A stretch of 32,000 nucleotides of DNA from Mycobacterium tuberculosis H37Rv (lineage in GTDB: Bacteria; Actinomycetota; Actinomycetes; Mycobacteriales; Mycobacteriaceae), in NCBI RefSeq assembly GCF_000195955.2, contig NC_000962.3, positions 1-32,000 of the forward strand. Direction: 5' to 3'. The notes beneath the pieces were generated by a model that was given only the letters and a program-made list of their open reading frames with translations, was not told the origin of the DNA and made no database searches. The position numbers and the translations under genes are program-made. Positions 1-12,467 of the stretch are shown here, piece by piece. The first letter of the stretch is position 1, and every line of letters starts with the position of its first letter.

Positions 1-1524
1 TTGACCGATGACCCCGGTTCAGGCTTCACCACAGTGTGGAACGCGGTCGTCTCCGAACTTAACGGCGACCCTAAGGTTGACGACGGACCCAGCAGTGATG
101 CTAATCTCAGCGCTCCGCTGACCCCTCAGCAAAGGGCTTGGCTCAATCTCGTCCAGCCATTGACCATCGTCGAGGGGTTTGCTCTGTTATCCGTGCCGAG
201 CAGCTTTGTCCAAAACGAAATCGAGCGCCATCTGCGGGCCCCGATTACCGACGCTCTCAGCCGCCGACTCGGACATCAGATCCAACTCGGGGTCCGCATC
301 GCTCCGCCGGCGACCGACGAAGCCGACGACACTACCGTGCCGCCTTCCGAAAATCCTGCTACCACATCGCCAGACACCACAACCGACAACGACGAGATTG
401 ATGACAGCGCTGCGGCACGGGGCGATAACCAGCACAGTTGGCCAAGTTACTTCACCGAGCGCCCGCACAATACCGATTCCGCTACCGCTGGCGTAACCAG
501 CCTTAACCGTCGCTACACCTTTGATACGTTCGTTATCGGCGCCTCCAACCGGTTCGCGCACGCCGCCGCCTTGGCGATCGCAGAAGCACCCGCCCGCGCT
601 TACAACCCCCTGTTCATCTGGGGCGAGTCCGGTCTCGGCAAGACACACCTGCTACACGCGGCAGGCAACTATGCCCAACGGTTGTTCCCGGGAATGCGGG
701 TCAAATATGTCTCCACCGAGGAATTCACCAACGACTTCATTAACTCGCTCCGCGATGACCGCAAGGTCGCATTCAAACGCAGCTACCGCGACGTAGACGT
801 GCTGTTGGTCGACGACATCCAATTCATTGAAGGCAAAGAGGGTATTCAAGAGGAGTTCTTCCACACCTTCAACACCTTGCACAATGCCAACAAGCAAATC
901 GTCATCTCATCTGACCGCCCACCCAAGCAGCTCGCCACCCTCGAGGACCGGCTGAGAACCCGCTTTGAGTGGGGGCTGATCACTGACGTACAACCACCCG
1001 AGCTGGAGACCCGCATCGCCATCTTGCGCAAGAAAGCACAGATGGAACGGCTCGCGGTCCCCGACGATGTCCTCGAACTCATCGCCAGCAGTATCGAACG
1101 CAATATCCGTGAACTCGAGGGCGCGCTGATCCGGGTCACCGCGTTCGCCTCATTGAACAAAACACCAATCGACAAAGCGCTGGCCGAGATTGTGCTTCGC
1201 GATCTGATCGCCGACGCCAACACCATGCAAATCAGCGCGGCGACGATCATGGCTGCCACCGCCGAATACTTCGACACTACCGTCGAAGAGCTTCGCGGGC
1301 CCGGCAAGACCCGAGCACTGGCCCAGTCACGACAGATTGCGATGTACCTGTGTCGTGAGCTCACCGATCTTTCGTTGCCCAAAATCGGCCAAGCGTTCGG
1401 CCGTGATCACACAACCGTCATGTACGCCCAACGCAAGATCCTGTCCGAGATGGCCGAGCGCCGTGAGGTCTTTGATCACGTCAAAGAACTCACCACTCGC
1501 ATCCGTCAGCGCTCCAAGCGCTAG
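1..1524 (+). CDS. dnaA: Chromosomal replication initiator protein DnaA (Rv0001-like)
   Basis: 507-aa ORF starting at TTG (base 1). AAA+ Walker [12 protein letters not shown], Walker B LLVDDIQF, and a C-terminal DnaA-box-binding HTH region ([10 protein letters not shown]). Followed by a non-coding gap and dnaN-recF-gyrBA, the canonical origin-proximal order. Confidence 0.97.
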   Translation: MTDDPGSGFTTVWNAVVSELNGDPKVDDGPSSDANLSAPLTPQQRAWLNLVQPLTIVEGFALLSVPSSFVQNEIERHLRAPITDALSRRLGHQIQLGVRIAPPATDEADDTTVPPSENPATTSPDTTTDNDEIDDSAAARGDNQHSWPSYFTERPHNTDSATAGVTSLNRRYTFDTFVIGASNRFAHAAALAIAEAPARAYNPLFIWGESGLGKTHLLHAAGNYAQRLFPGMRVKYVSTEEFTNDFINSLRDDRKVAFKRSYRDVDVLLVDDIQFIEGKEGIQEEFFHTFNTLHNANKQIVISSDRPPKQLATLEDRLRTRFEWGLITDVQPPELETRIAILRKKAQMERLAVPDDVLELIASSIERNIRELEGALIRVTAFASLNKTPIDKALAEIVLRDLIADANTMQISAATIMAATAEYFDTTVEELRGPGKTRALAQSRQIAMYLCRELTDLSLPKIGQAFGRDHTTVMYAQRKILSEMAERREVFDHVKELTTRIRQRSKR

Positions 1525-2051
1525 CACGGCGTGTTCTTCCGACAACGTTCTTAAAAAAACTTCTCTCTCCCAGGTCACACCAGTCACAGAGATTGGCTGT
1601 GAGTGTCGCTGTGCACAAACCGCGCACAGACTCATACAGTCCCGGCGGTTCCGTTCACAACCCACGCCTCATCCCCACCGACCCAACACACACCCCACAG
1701 TCATCGCCACCGTCATCCACAACTCCGACCGACGTCGACCTGCACCAAGACCAGACTGTCCCCAAACTGCACACCCTCTAATACTGTTACCGAGATTTCT
1801 TCGTCGTTTGTTCTTGGAAAGACAGCGCTGGGGATCGTTCGCTGGATACCACCCGCATAACTGGCTCGTCGCGGTGGGTCAGAGGTCAATGATGAACTTT
1901 CAAGTTGACGTGAGAAGCTCTACGGTTGTTGTTCGACTGCTGTTGCGGCCGTCGTGGCGGGTCACGCGTCATGGGCATTCGTCGTTGGCAGTCCCCACGC
2001 TAGCGGGGCGCTAGCCACGGGATCGAACTCATCGTGAGGTGAAAGGGCGCA
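1525..2051. other. oriC: Chromosomal origin of replication oriC (dnaA-dnaN intergenic region)
   Basis: 527-bp non-coding gap between dnaA and dnaN, the established oriC position in mycobacteria. DnaA-box-like 9-mers: tgtgcacaa 1610-1618 (reverse complement TTGTGCACA, 8/9 to TTGTCCACA), tcatccaca 1713-1721, ctgtcccca 1756-1764. Unusually AT-rich tract gttcttaaaaaaacttctctctc 1547-1569. The 225-aa ORF in the track across this gap is low-complexity Pro/Arg/Ser/Thr junk. Confidence 0.85.
1574..1588 (+). promoter_or_regulatory. Direct repeat GTCACA-N3-GTCACA, candidate MtrA response-regulator site within oriC
   Basis: gtcaca at 1574-1579 and again at 1583-1588 (9-bp period). As I recall, MtrA is reported to bind GTCACAgcg-like direct repeats in M. 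tuberculosis oriC. The assignment of this particular site is an inference. Confidence 0.4.
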
Positions 2052-3260
2052 ATGGACGCGGCTACGACAAGAGTTGGCCTCACCGACTTGACGTTTCGTT
2101 TGCTACGAGAGTCTTTCGCCGATGCGGTGTCGTGGGTGGCTAAAAATCTGCCAGCCAGGCCCGCGGTGCCGGTGCTCTCCGGCGTGTTGTTGACCGGCTC
2201 GGACAACGGTCTGACGATTTCCGGATTCGACTACGAGGTTTCCGCCGAGGCCCAGGTTGGCGCTGAAATTGTTTCTCCTGGAAGCGTTTTAGTTTCTGGC
2301 CGATTGTTGTCCGATATTACCCGGGCGTTGCCTAACAAGCCCGTAGACGTTCATGTCGAAGGTAACCGGGTCGCATTGACCTGCGGTAACGCCAGGTTTT
2401 CGCTACCGACGATGCCAGTCGAGGATTATCCGACGCTGCCGACGCTGCCGGAAGAGACCGGATTGTTGCCTGCGGAATTATTCGCCGAGGCAATCAGTCA
2501 GGTCGCTATCGCCGCCGGCCGGGACGACACGTTGCCTATGTTGACCGGCATCCGGGTCGAAATCCTCGGTGAGACGGTGGTTTTGGCCGCTACCGACAGG
2601 TTTCGCCTGGCTGTTCGAGAACTGAAGTGGTCGGCGTCGTCGCCAGATATCGAAGCGGCTGTGCTGGTCCCGGCCAAGACGCTGGCCGAGGCCGCCAAAG
2701 CGGGCATCGGCGGCTCTGACGTTCGTTTGTCGTTGGGTACTGGGCCGGGGGTGGGCAAGGATGGCCTGCTCGGTATCAGTGGGAACGGCAAGCGCAGCAC
2801 CACGCGACTTCTTGATGCCGAGTTCCCGAAGTTTCGGCAGTTGCTACCAACCGAACACACCGCGGTGGCCACCATGGACGTGGCCGAGTTGATCGAAGCG
2901 ATCAAGCTGGTTGCGTTGGTAGCTGATCGGGGCGCGCAGGTGCGCATGGAGTTCGCTGATGGCAGCGTGCGGCTTTCTGCGGGTGCCGATGATGTTGGAC
3001 GAGCCGAGGAAGATCTTGTTGTTGACTATGCCGGTGAACCATTGACGATTGCGTTTAACCCAACCTATCTAACGGACGGTTTGAGTTCGTTGCGCTCGGA
3101 GCGAGTGTCTTTCGGGTTTACGACTGCGGGTAAGCCTGCCTTGCTACGTCCGGTGTCCGGGGACGATCGCCCTGTGGCGGGTCTGAATGGCAACGGTCCG
3201 TTCCCGGCGGTGTCGACGGACTATGTCTATCTGTTGATGCCGGTTCGGTTGCCGGGCTGA
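2052..3260 (+). CDS. dnaN: DNA polymerase III beta sliding clamp (Rv0002-like)
   Basis: 402-aa ORF from ATG 2052, recognisable as the mycobacterial beta clamp. Three-domain length. Sits between oriC and recF. Confidence 0.96.
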
Positions 3261-3279
3261 GCACTTGGCGCCCGGGTAG

Positions 3280-4437
3280 GTGTACGTCCGTCATTTGGGG
3301 CTGCGTGACTTCCGGTCCTGGGCATGTGTAGATCTGGAATTGCATCCAGGGCGGACGGTTTTTGTTGGGCCTAACGGTTATGGTAAGACGAATCTTATTG
3401 AGGCACTGTGGTATTCGACGACGTTAGGTTCGCACCGCGTTAGCGCCGATTTGCCGTTGATCCGGGTAGGTACCGATCGTGCGGTGATCTCCACGATCGT
3501 GGTGAACGACGGTAGAGAATGTGCCGTCGACCTCGAGATCGCCACGGGGCGAGTCAACAAAGCGCGATTGAATCGATCATCGGTCCGAAGTACACGTGAT
3601 GTGGTCGGAGTGCTTCGAGCTGTGTTGTTTGCCCCTGAGGATCTGGGGTTGGTTCGTGGGGATCCCGCTGACCGGCGGCGCTATCTGGATGATCTGGCGA
3701 TCGTGCGTAGGCCTGCGATCGCTGCGGTACGAGCCGAATATGAGAGGGTGTTGCGCCAGCGGACGGCGTTATTGAAGTCCGTACCTGGAGCACGGTATCG
3801 GGGTGACCGGGGTGTGTTTGACACTCTTGAGGTATGGGACAGTCGTTTGGCGGAGCACGGGGCTGAACTGGTGGCCGCCCGCATCGATTTGGTCAACCAG
3901 TTGGCACCGGAAGTGAAGAAGGCATACCAGCTGTTGGCGCCGGAATCGCGATCGGCGTCTATCGGTTATCGGGCCAGCATGGATGTAACCGGTCCCAGCG
4001 AGCAGTCAGATATCGATCGGCAATTGTTAGCAGCTCGGCTGTTGGCGGCGCTGGCGGCCCGTCGGGATGCCGAACTCGAGCGTGGGGTTTGTCTAGTTGG
4101 TCCGCACCGTGACGACCTAATACTGCGACTAGGCGATCAACCCGCGAAAGGATTTGCTAGCCATGGGGAGGCGTGGTCGTTGGCGGTGGCACTGCGGTTG
4201 GCGGCCTATCAACTGTTACGCGTTGATGGTGGTGAGCCGGTGTTGTTGCTCGACGACGTGTTCGCCGAACTGGATGTCATGCGCCGTCGAGCGTTGGCGA
4301 CGGCGGCCGAGTCCGCCGAACAGGTGTTGGTGACTGCCGCGGTGCTCGAGGATATTCCCGCCGGCTGGGACGCCAGGCGGGTGCACATCGATGTGCGTGC
4401 CGATGACACCGGATCGATGTCGGTGGTTCTGCCATGA
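3280..4437 (+). CDS. recF: DNA replication and repair protein RecF (Rv0003-like)
   Basis: 385-aa ORF from GTG 3280. N-terminal Walker [10 protein letters not shown] and a C-terminal Walker B-like [11 protein letters not shown]. Its stop overlaps the next start (ATGA at 4434-4437). Confidence 0.95.
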
Positions 4438-4997
4438 CGGGTTCTGTTGACCGGCCCGACCAGAATCGCGGTGAGCGATCAATGAAGTCACCAGGGTTGG
4501 ATTTGGTCAGGCGCACCCTGGACGAAGCTCGTGCTGCTGCCCGCGCGCGCGGACAAGACGCCGGTCGAGGGCGGGTCGCTTCCGTTGCGTCGGGTCGGGT
4601 GGCCGGACGGCGACGAAGCTGGTCGGGTCCGGGGCCCGACATTCGTGATCCACAACCGCTGGGTAAGGCCGCTCGTGAGCTGGCAAAGAAACGCGGCTGG
4701 TCGGTGCGGGTCGCCGAGGGTATGGTGCTCGGCCAGTGGTCTGCGGTGGTCGGCCACCAGATCGCCGAACATGCACGCCCGACTGCGCTAAACGACGGGG
4801 TGTTGAGCGTGATTGCGGAGTCGACGGCGTGGGCGACGCAGTTGAGGATCATGCAGGCCCAGCTTCTGGCCAAGATCGCCGCAGCGGTTGGCAACGATGT
4901 GGTGCGATCGCTAAAGATCACCGGGCCGGCGGCACCATCGTGGCGCAAGGGGCCTCGCCATATTGCCGGTAGGGGTCCGCGCGACACCTACGGATAA
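4434..4997 (+). CDS. dciA: DUF721/DciA-family replicative-helicase operator protein (Rv0004-like)
   Basis: 187-aa ORF translationally coupled to recF (ATGA overlap). Arg-rich N-terminus followed by a C-terminal region ([51 protein letters not shown]) typical of DUF721. Rv0004 has been described as mycobacterial DciA. Confidence 0.85.
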
Positions 4998-5122
4998 CAC
5001 GTCGATCGGCCCAGAACAAGGCGCTCCGGTCCCGGCCTGAGAGCCTCGAGGACGAAGCGGATCCGTATGCCGGACGTCGGGACGCACCAGGAAGAAAGAT
5101 GTCCGACGCACGGCGCGGTTAG

Positions 5123-7267
<2,145 letters not shown>

Positions 7268-7301
7268 CGCAACCCTGCGTTCGATTGCAAACGAGGAATA
7301 G

Positions 7302-9818
7302 ATGACAGACACGACGTTGCCGCCTGACGACTCGCTCGACCGGATCGAACCGGTTGACATCGAGCAGGAGATGCAGCGCAGCTACATCGACTATGCGATG
7401 AGCGTGATCGTCGGCCGCGCGCTGCCGGAGGTGCGCGACGGGCTCAAGCCCGTGCATCGCCGGGTGCTCTATGCAATGTTCGATTCCGGCTTCCGCCCGG
7501 ACCGCAGCCACGCCAAGTCGGCCCGGTCGGTTGCCGAGACCATGGGCAACTACCACCCGCACGGCGACGCGTCGATCTACGACAGCCTGGTGCGCATGGC
7601 CCAGCCCTGGTCGCTGCGCTACCCGCTGGTGGACGGCCAGGGCAACTTCGGCTCGCCAGGCAATGACCCACCGGCGGCGATGAGGTACACCGAAGCCCGG
7701 CTGACCCCGTTGGCGATGGAGATGCTGAGGGAAATCGACGAGGAGACAGTCGATTTCATCCCTAACTACGACGGCCGGGTGCAAGAGCCGACGGTGCTAC
7801 CCAGCCGGTTCCCCAACCTGCTGGCCAACGGGTCAGGCGGCATCGCGGTCGGCATGGCAACCAATATCCCGCCGCACAACCTGCGTGAGCTGGCCGACGC
7901 GGTGTTCTGGGCGCTGGAGAATCACGACGCCGACGAAGAGGAGACCCTGGCCGCGGTCATGGGGCGGGTTAAAGGCCCGGACTTCCCGACCGCCGGACTG
8001 ATCGTCGGATCCCAGGGCACCGCTGATGCCTACAAAACTGGCCGCGGCTCCATTCGAATGCGCGGAGTTGTTGAGGTAGAAGAGGATTCCCGCGGTCGTA
8101 CCTCGCTGGTGATCACCGAGTTGCCGTATCAGGTCAACCACGACAACTTCATCACTTCGATCGCCGAACAGGTCCGAGACGGCAAGCTGGCCGGCATTTC
8201 CAACATTGAGGACCAGTCTAGCGATCGGGTCGGTTTACGCATCGTCATCGAGATCAAGCGCGATGCGGTGGCCAAGGTGGTGATCAATAACCTTTACAAG
8301 CACACCCAGCTGCAGACCAGCTTTGGCGCCAACATGCTAGCGATCGTCGACGGGGTGCCGCGCACGCTGCGGCTGGACCAGCTGATCCGCTATTACGTTG
8401 ACCACCAACTCGACGTCATTGTGCGGCGCACCACCTACCGGCTGCGCAAGGCAAACGAGCGAGCCCACATTCTGCGCGGCCTGGTTAAAGCGCTCGACGC
8501 GCTGGACGAGGTCATTGCACTGATCCGGGCGTCGGAGACCGTCGATATCGCCCGGGCCGGACTGATCGAGCTGCTCGACATCGACGAGATCCAGGCCCAG
8601 GCAATCCTGGACATGCAGTTGCGGCGCCTGGCCGCACTGGAACGCCAGCGCATCATCGACGACCTGGCCAAAATCGAGGCCGAGATCGCCGATCTGGAAG
8701 ACATCCTGGCAAAACCCGAGCGGCAGCGTGGGATCGTGCGCGACGAACTCGCCGAAATCGTGGACAGGCACGGCGACGACCGGCGTACCCGGATCATCGC
8801 GGCCGACGGAGACGTCAGCGACGAGGATTTGATCGCCCGCGAGGACGTCGTTGTCACTATCACCGAAACGGGATACGCCAAGCGCACCAAGACCGATCTG
8901 TATCGCAGCCAGAAACGCGGCGGCAAGGGCGTGCAGGGTGCGGGGTTGAAGCAGGACGACATCGTCGCGCACTTCTTCGTGTGCTCCACCCACGATTTGA
9001 TCCTGTTCTTCACCACCCAGGGACGGGTTTATCGGGCCAAGGCCTACGACTTGCCCGAGGCCTCCCGGACGGCGCGCGGGCAGCACGTGGCCAACCTGTT
9101 AGCCTTCCAGCCCGAGGAACGCATCGCCCAGGTCATCCAGATTCGCGGCTACACCGACGCCCCGTACCTGGTGCTGGCCACTCGCAACGGGCTGGTGAAA
9201 AAGTCCAAGCTGACCGACTTCGACTCCAATCGCTCGGGCGGAATCGTGGCGGTCAACCTGCGCGACAACGACGAGCTGGTCGGTGCGGTGCTGTGTTCGG
9301 CCGGCGACGACCTGCTGCTGGTCTCGGCCAACGGGCAGTCCATCAGGTTCTCGGCGACCGACGAGGCGCTGCGGCCAATGGGTCGTGCCACCTCGGGTGT
9401 GCAGGGCATGCGGTTCAATATCGACGACCGGCTGCTGTCGCTGAACGTCGTGCGTGAAGGCACCTATCTGCTGGTGGCGACGTCAGGGGGCTATGCGAAA
9501 CGTACCGCGATCGAGGAATACCCGGTACAGGGCCGCGGCGGTAAAGGTGTGCTGACGGTCATGTACGACCGCCGGCGCGGCAGGTTGGTTGGGGCGTTGA
9601 TTGTCGACGACGACAGCGAGCTGTATGCCGTCACTTCCGGCGGTGGCGTGATCCGCACCGCGGCACGCCAGGTTCGCAAGGCGGGACGGCAGACCAAGGG
9701 TGTTCGGTTGATGAATCTGGGCGAGGGCGACACACTGTTGGCCATCGCGCGCAACGCCGAAGAAAGTGGCGACGATAATGCCGTGGACGCCAACGGCGCA
9801 GACCAGACGGGCAATTAA
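7302..9818 (+). CDS. gyrA: DNA gyrase subunit A (Rv0006-like)
   Basis: 838-aa ORF from ATG 7302 (aggaa 8 nt upstream), 35 bp after gyr[22 protein letters not shown], catalytic Tyr in [10 protein letters not shown], and C-terminal beta-pinwheel repeats. Confidence 0.97.
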   Translation: MTDTTLPPDDSLDRIEPVDIEQEMQRSYIDYAMSVIVGRALPEVRDGLKPVHRRVLYAMFDSGFRPDRSHAKSARSVAETMGNYHPHGDASIYDSLVRMAQPWSLRYPLVDGQGNFGSPGNDPPAAMRYTEARLTPLAMEMLREIDEETVDFIPNYDGRVQEPTVLPSRFPNLLANGSGGIAVGMATNIPPHNLRELADAVFWALENHDADEEETLAAVMGRVKGPDFPTAGLIVGSQGTADAYKTGRGSIRMRGVVEVEEDSRGRTSLVITELPYQVNHDNFITSIAEQVRDGKLAGISNIEDQSSDRVGLRIVIEIKRDAVAKVVINNLYKHTQLQTSFGANMLAIVDGVPRTLRLDQLIRYYVDHQLDVIVRRTTYRLRKANERAHILRGLVKALDALDEVIALIRASETVDIARAGLIELLDIDEIQAQAILDMQLRRLAALERQRIIDDLAKIEAEIADLEDILAKPERQRGIVRDELAEIVDRHGDDRRTRIIAADGDVSDEDLIAREDVVVTITETGYAKRTKTDLYRSQKRGGKGVQGAGLKQDDIVAHFFVCSTHDLILFFTTQGRVYRAKAYDLPEASRTARGQHVANLLAFQPEERIAQVIQIRGYTDAPYLVLATRNGLVKKSKLTDFDSNRSGGIVAVNLRDNDELVGAVLCSAGDDLLLVSANGQSIRFSATDEALRPMGRATSGVQGMRFNIDDRLLSLNVVREGTYLLVATSGGYAKRTAIEEYPVQGRGGKGVLTVMYDRRRGRLVGALIVDDDSELYAVTSGGGVIRTAARQVRKAGRQTKGVRLMNLGEGDTLLAIARNAEESGDDNAVDANGADQTGN

Positions 9819-9913
9819 TCAGGCTCGCCCGACGACGATGCGGATCGCGTAGCGATCTGAGGAGGAATCGGGCAGCTAGGCTCGGCAGCCGGGTACGAGT
9901 GTTAGGAGTCGGG

Positions 9914-10828
9914 GTGACTGCACCGAACGAGCCGGGGGCGCTCAGCAAGGGCGACGGCCCGAATGCGGATGGCTTGGTCGACCGTGGGGGCGCACATCGG
10001 GCAGCGACCGGGCCAGGCCGCATACCAGATGCTGGAGACCCGCCGCCGTGGCAGCGTGCTGCGACTCGGCAATCCCAAGCGGGGCATCGTCAGCCGCCGC
10101 CGGTATCACACCCTGAGGGGCGCCCGACCAACCCGCCCGCCGCCGCCGATGCTCGGCTGAATCGCTTCATCTCCGGTGCGTCTGCCCCGGTGACCGGCCC
10201 AGCCGCCGCGGTCAGGACCCCGCAGCCGGATCCCGACGCTTCGCTGGGGTGTGGCGACGGTTCCCCCGCCGAGGCCTATGCCAGCGAGCTGCCCGACCTA
10301 TCCGGCCCGACTCCGCGGGCCCCGCAACGCAACCCCGCGCCGGCGCGTCCCGCGGAGGGTGGCGCGGGATCGAGAGGGGATTCGGCCGCCGGTTCGAGCG
10401 GCGGTCGTTCGATTACCGCTGAGAGTAGAGACGCCCGTGTCCAGCTGTCGGCGCGGCGAAGCCGCGGGCCGGTTCGAGCCAGCATGCAGATCCGACGGAT
10501 TGATCCATGGAGCACGTTGAAGGTGTCGCTGTTGTTGTCGGTGGCGCTGTTCTTCGTCTGGATGATCACGGTCGCGTTCCTCTACCTGGTGCTCGGCGGT
10601 ATGGGCGTATGGGCCAAGCTCAACAGCAACGTCGGTGACCTGTTGAACAACGCGAGCGGCAGCAGCGCGGAACTTGTCTCCAGCGGCACCATCTTCGGCG
10701 GCGCATTCCTGATCGGCTTGGTCAACATCGTCCTGATGACCGCGCTTGCCACCATCGGTGCGTTCGTCTACAACCTGATCACCGATCTGATCGGCGGCAT
10801 CGAAGTGACGCTGGCAGACCGGGACTAA
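9914..10828 (+). CDS. Conserved actinobacterial membrane protein (Rv0007-like) with a Pro/Ala-rich N-terminal region
   Basis: GTG 9914 has aggag at 9904-9908 (5-nt spacer). The track's GTG 9899 has no SD. The N-terminal two thirds are Pro/Ala/Gly-rich and low complexity. The C-terminal ~110 aa carry two long hydrophobic helices ([24 protein letters not shown]; [27 protein letters not shown]). Confidence 0.85.
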
Positions 10829-10832
10829 TGTT

Positions 10833-10862
10833 TTGAGAGTCGGGCGCCGGTTGCGGTAATCT
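10833..10862 (+). promoter_or_regulatory. Candidate sigma-A type promoter for tRNA-Ile (possibly tRNA-Ile/tRNA-Ala)
   Basis: TTGAGA (10833-10838), 18-nt spacer, then TAATCT (10857-10862, fits TANNNT). This predicts a start ~17 nt before the mature tRNA 5' end. Sequence match only. Confidence 0.3.
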
Positions 10863-10886
10863 CGTCGCTCGGCCGTACGCGAGTAC

Positions 10887-10960
10887 GGGCCTATAGCTCA
10901 GGCGGTTAGAGCGCTTCGCTGATAACGAAGAGGTCGGAGGTTCGAGTCCTCCTAGGCCCA
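10887..10960 (+). tRNA. ileT: tRNA-Ile (anticodon GAT)
   Basis: 74-nt cloverleaf. Acceptor gggccta/taggccc, anticodon stem cttcg/cgaag with loop ctGATaa, T-arm ggaggttcgagtcctcc. No encoded CCA. Confidence 0.97.
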
Positions 10961-11111
10961 CGACCATGTGCCCGTCACGACGTTCGGTGAGGTTCGCATT
11001 GCCACTGGCCGCGATCGCTGTGGCGGCCATCGTCGTGCGGTTCCGACGCGGAGCCGATGTCTGGCATGTGGCCGGCGATCCACCTCCTGATCACATAACC
11101 GGTGACGAAGA

Positions 11112-11184
11112 GGGGCCTTAGCTCAGTTGGTAGAGCACTGCCTTTGCAAGGCAGGGGTCAGGGGTTCGAGTCCCCTAGGCTCCA
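11112..11184 (+). tRNA. alaT: tRNA-Ala (anticodon TGC)
   Basis: 73-nt cloverleaf. Acceptor ggggcct/aggctcc including the G3:U70 alanine identity pair, anticodon stem ctgcc/ggcag with loop ttTGCaa, T-arm aggggttcgagtcccct. Confidence 0.97.
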
Positions 11185-11185
11185 C

Positions 11186-11600
11186 AAGTGAAAAGCGTAG
11201 CTCGGATACTTCGAATGACCACGTTTGATCACAATCGCGAGTGAAGAGGGCGTTGATGGCCACTCCGACGGCCTCGACACCCGACCCGTACAGGTGGCGG
11301 TAGCGGTCCAAGGTCAACCCGGCGGAGTCGTGTTCGAGCATGTTCTGAAGTGCCTTGAATTCGCCCCGGCCTGGATCGCCAACGACGCCGGGTGTGCCGA
11401 GCTCATGCAGTTTTGAACTCCTACACCACCGCCGGCTTCCCGGTAGCGTCCATCACAGTCTGAGGGAACAGCTGCGCCGCGGTCACCGCCTGCGACCACC
11501 ACCGGCGCCGCACATGGCTGCCGCGCATGTAGCCGCCCGCCGAGTCCGGGAACGCTAGAAGCTCAGCAACCCATCGAACGCGGTCGGCCGGTTGTCGGCG
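11186..11600 (-). pseudogene. Tyrosine recombinase (phage-type integrase) C-terminal fragment, multiply frameshifted
   Basis: Three frames each carry part of the catalytic domain. LLAFPDSAGGYMRGSHVRRRWWSQAVTAAQL (11469-11561). SSAHPASLAIQAGANS (11356-11403), a degenerate HxLRH box. FKALQNMLEHDSAGLTLDRYRHLY (11288-11359), an LGH...Y box with the catalytic Tyr position. There is no N-terminal half. The ORF tail then runs antisense into tRNA-Ala. Confidence 0.6.
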
Positions 11601-11812
11601 TCCACGAGCACGCACCCTAGAGCGAAAGTCATGGATCCGCCGTTGGCGGGGTCTCCGGTATTGCCGGACTCGTCTATGTAAGCGACCAGCACGCGACGAT
11701 GCTGGCACGATTCTTGGGCGATTGACCACAGTTACAGATAACTACTGTTAACCGCAGTTGTGTCCTTTCGCAGGTGGACTGAGTTGTAACCCATTGATCT
11801 GCATCATGATTC

Positions 11813-11857
11813 GCCTGTGCAAGGCGGGGGTCAGGGGTTCGAATCCCTAGGCCCCAC
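11813..11857 (+). repeat. Degenerate direct repeat of the tRNA-Ala 3' half (attR-like)
   Basis: gcctgtgcaaggcgggggtcaggggttcgaatccctaggccccac aligns to tRNA-Ala 11140-11185 with 41 identities, 4 mismatches and one 1-nt gap (hand alignment). It lacks a 5' half, has C at the U70 position and has a broken T-stem, so it is not a functional tRNA. Confidence 0.75.
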
Positions 11858-11873
11858 CGTGTGACGACCGGCC

Positions 11874-12311
11874 TCAGGAGCGCGGTTGCACCTCGACGCT
11901 CGGTGGTCGGGGCGACGGCTCCGGTCGCGACGAGCGCCGGACGATGCTGAAGGCGACGGCACCGCCGGCGAGGATGGCCGCCGCGATCCCCGCGAAGATC
12001 CAGAGGTGGTGTTTGCTGCGACGTTGGGTCCGGGCGTCCTGTAGGGCCTGCGGTAGGTTGGCCACCACGTCCTGGGCAGCGGTCAGCTCTTGAGCGAGCG
12101 TCTCTTGGGCGGCAGCGACCTCGCGGGCCAATCGGCCTTCCCGGTAACGGCGGCGAAGCCCGGCCGCGGTCGACCGGGCGGACTGAAGCCCAAGTCCGAC
12201 CCCGAGTTCGAGGAGGCCTCGGGTCACGTCCACCGGACCCACCGCAGAGTAGGCCAGACCCCGGGTCAGCCGCTCGCGTGGGGTCAACCGGGTTTCCACC
12301 TGCTCACTCAT
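11874..12311 (-). CDS. cwsA: Cell wall synthesis/cell shape protein CwsA (Rv0008c-like)
   Basis: 145-aa ORF from ATG 12311. Helical N-terminal part and a single C-terminal TM helix ([23 protein letters not shown]). Recognised as Rv0008c. Confidence 0.88.
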   Translation of the reverse strand: MSEQVETRLTPRERLTRGLAYSAVGPVDVTRGLLELGVGLGLQSARSTAAGLRRRYREGRLAREVAAAQETLAQELTAAQDVVANLPQALQDARTQRRSKHHLWIFAGIAAAILAGGAVAFSIVRRSSRPEPSPRPPSVEVQPRS

Positions 12312-12467
12312 TTTGCCGCCTTTCTGTGTCCGGGCCGAGGCTTGCGCTCAATAACTCGGTCAAGTTCCTTCACAGACTGCCATCACTGGCCCGTCGGCGG
12401 GCTCGTTGCGGGTGCGCCGCGTGCGGGTTTGTGTTCCGGGCACCGGGTGGGGGCCCGCCCGGGCGTA

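Larger units (their letters stand above)
11185..11857. mobile_element. Scar of a tRNA-Ala-integrated element (decayed integrase plus attL/attR-like tRNA 3'-half repeats)
   Basis: Bounded by the tRNA-Ala 3' half (11140-11185) and a degenerate copy of it (11813-11857). The interior holds only frameshifted tyrosine-recombinase fragments and AT-richer non-coding DNA. See the pseudogene and repeat entries. Confidence 0.55.

Noticed and set aside
1337-2014. A 225-aa plus-strand ORF spanning the dnaA 3' end and most of the dnaA-dnaN gap.
   Set aside because: It is a low-complexity Pro/Thr/Ser/Arg/His translation and it covers the oriC region. No start context, and not protein-like.
9843-9865. A small hairpin gatcgc-gta-gcgatc (9843-9857) followed by a perfect SD-like gaggagg (9859-9865), just after gyrA.
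   Set aside because: No ATG, GTG or TTG lies within 5-12 nt downstream of the SD-like sequence. The hairpin is only 6 bp and has no U-tract.
10966-11121. A 51-codon ORF in the tRNA-Ile/tRNA-Ala spacer (MCPSRRSVRFALPLAAIAVAAIVVRFRRGADVWHVAGDPPPDHITGDEEGP) with a TM-like segment.
   Set aside because: There is no SD, hand-counted GC3 is only ~62%, and its last 10 nt are the 5' end of tRNA-Ala. It probably lies inside a tRNA precursor that is processed. I cannot support it.
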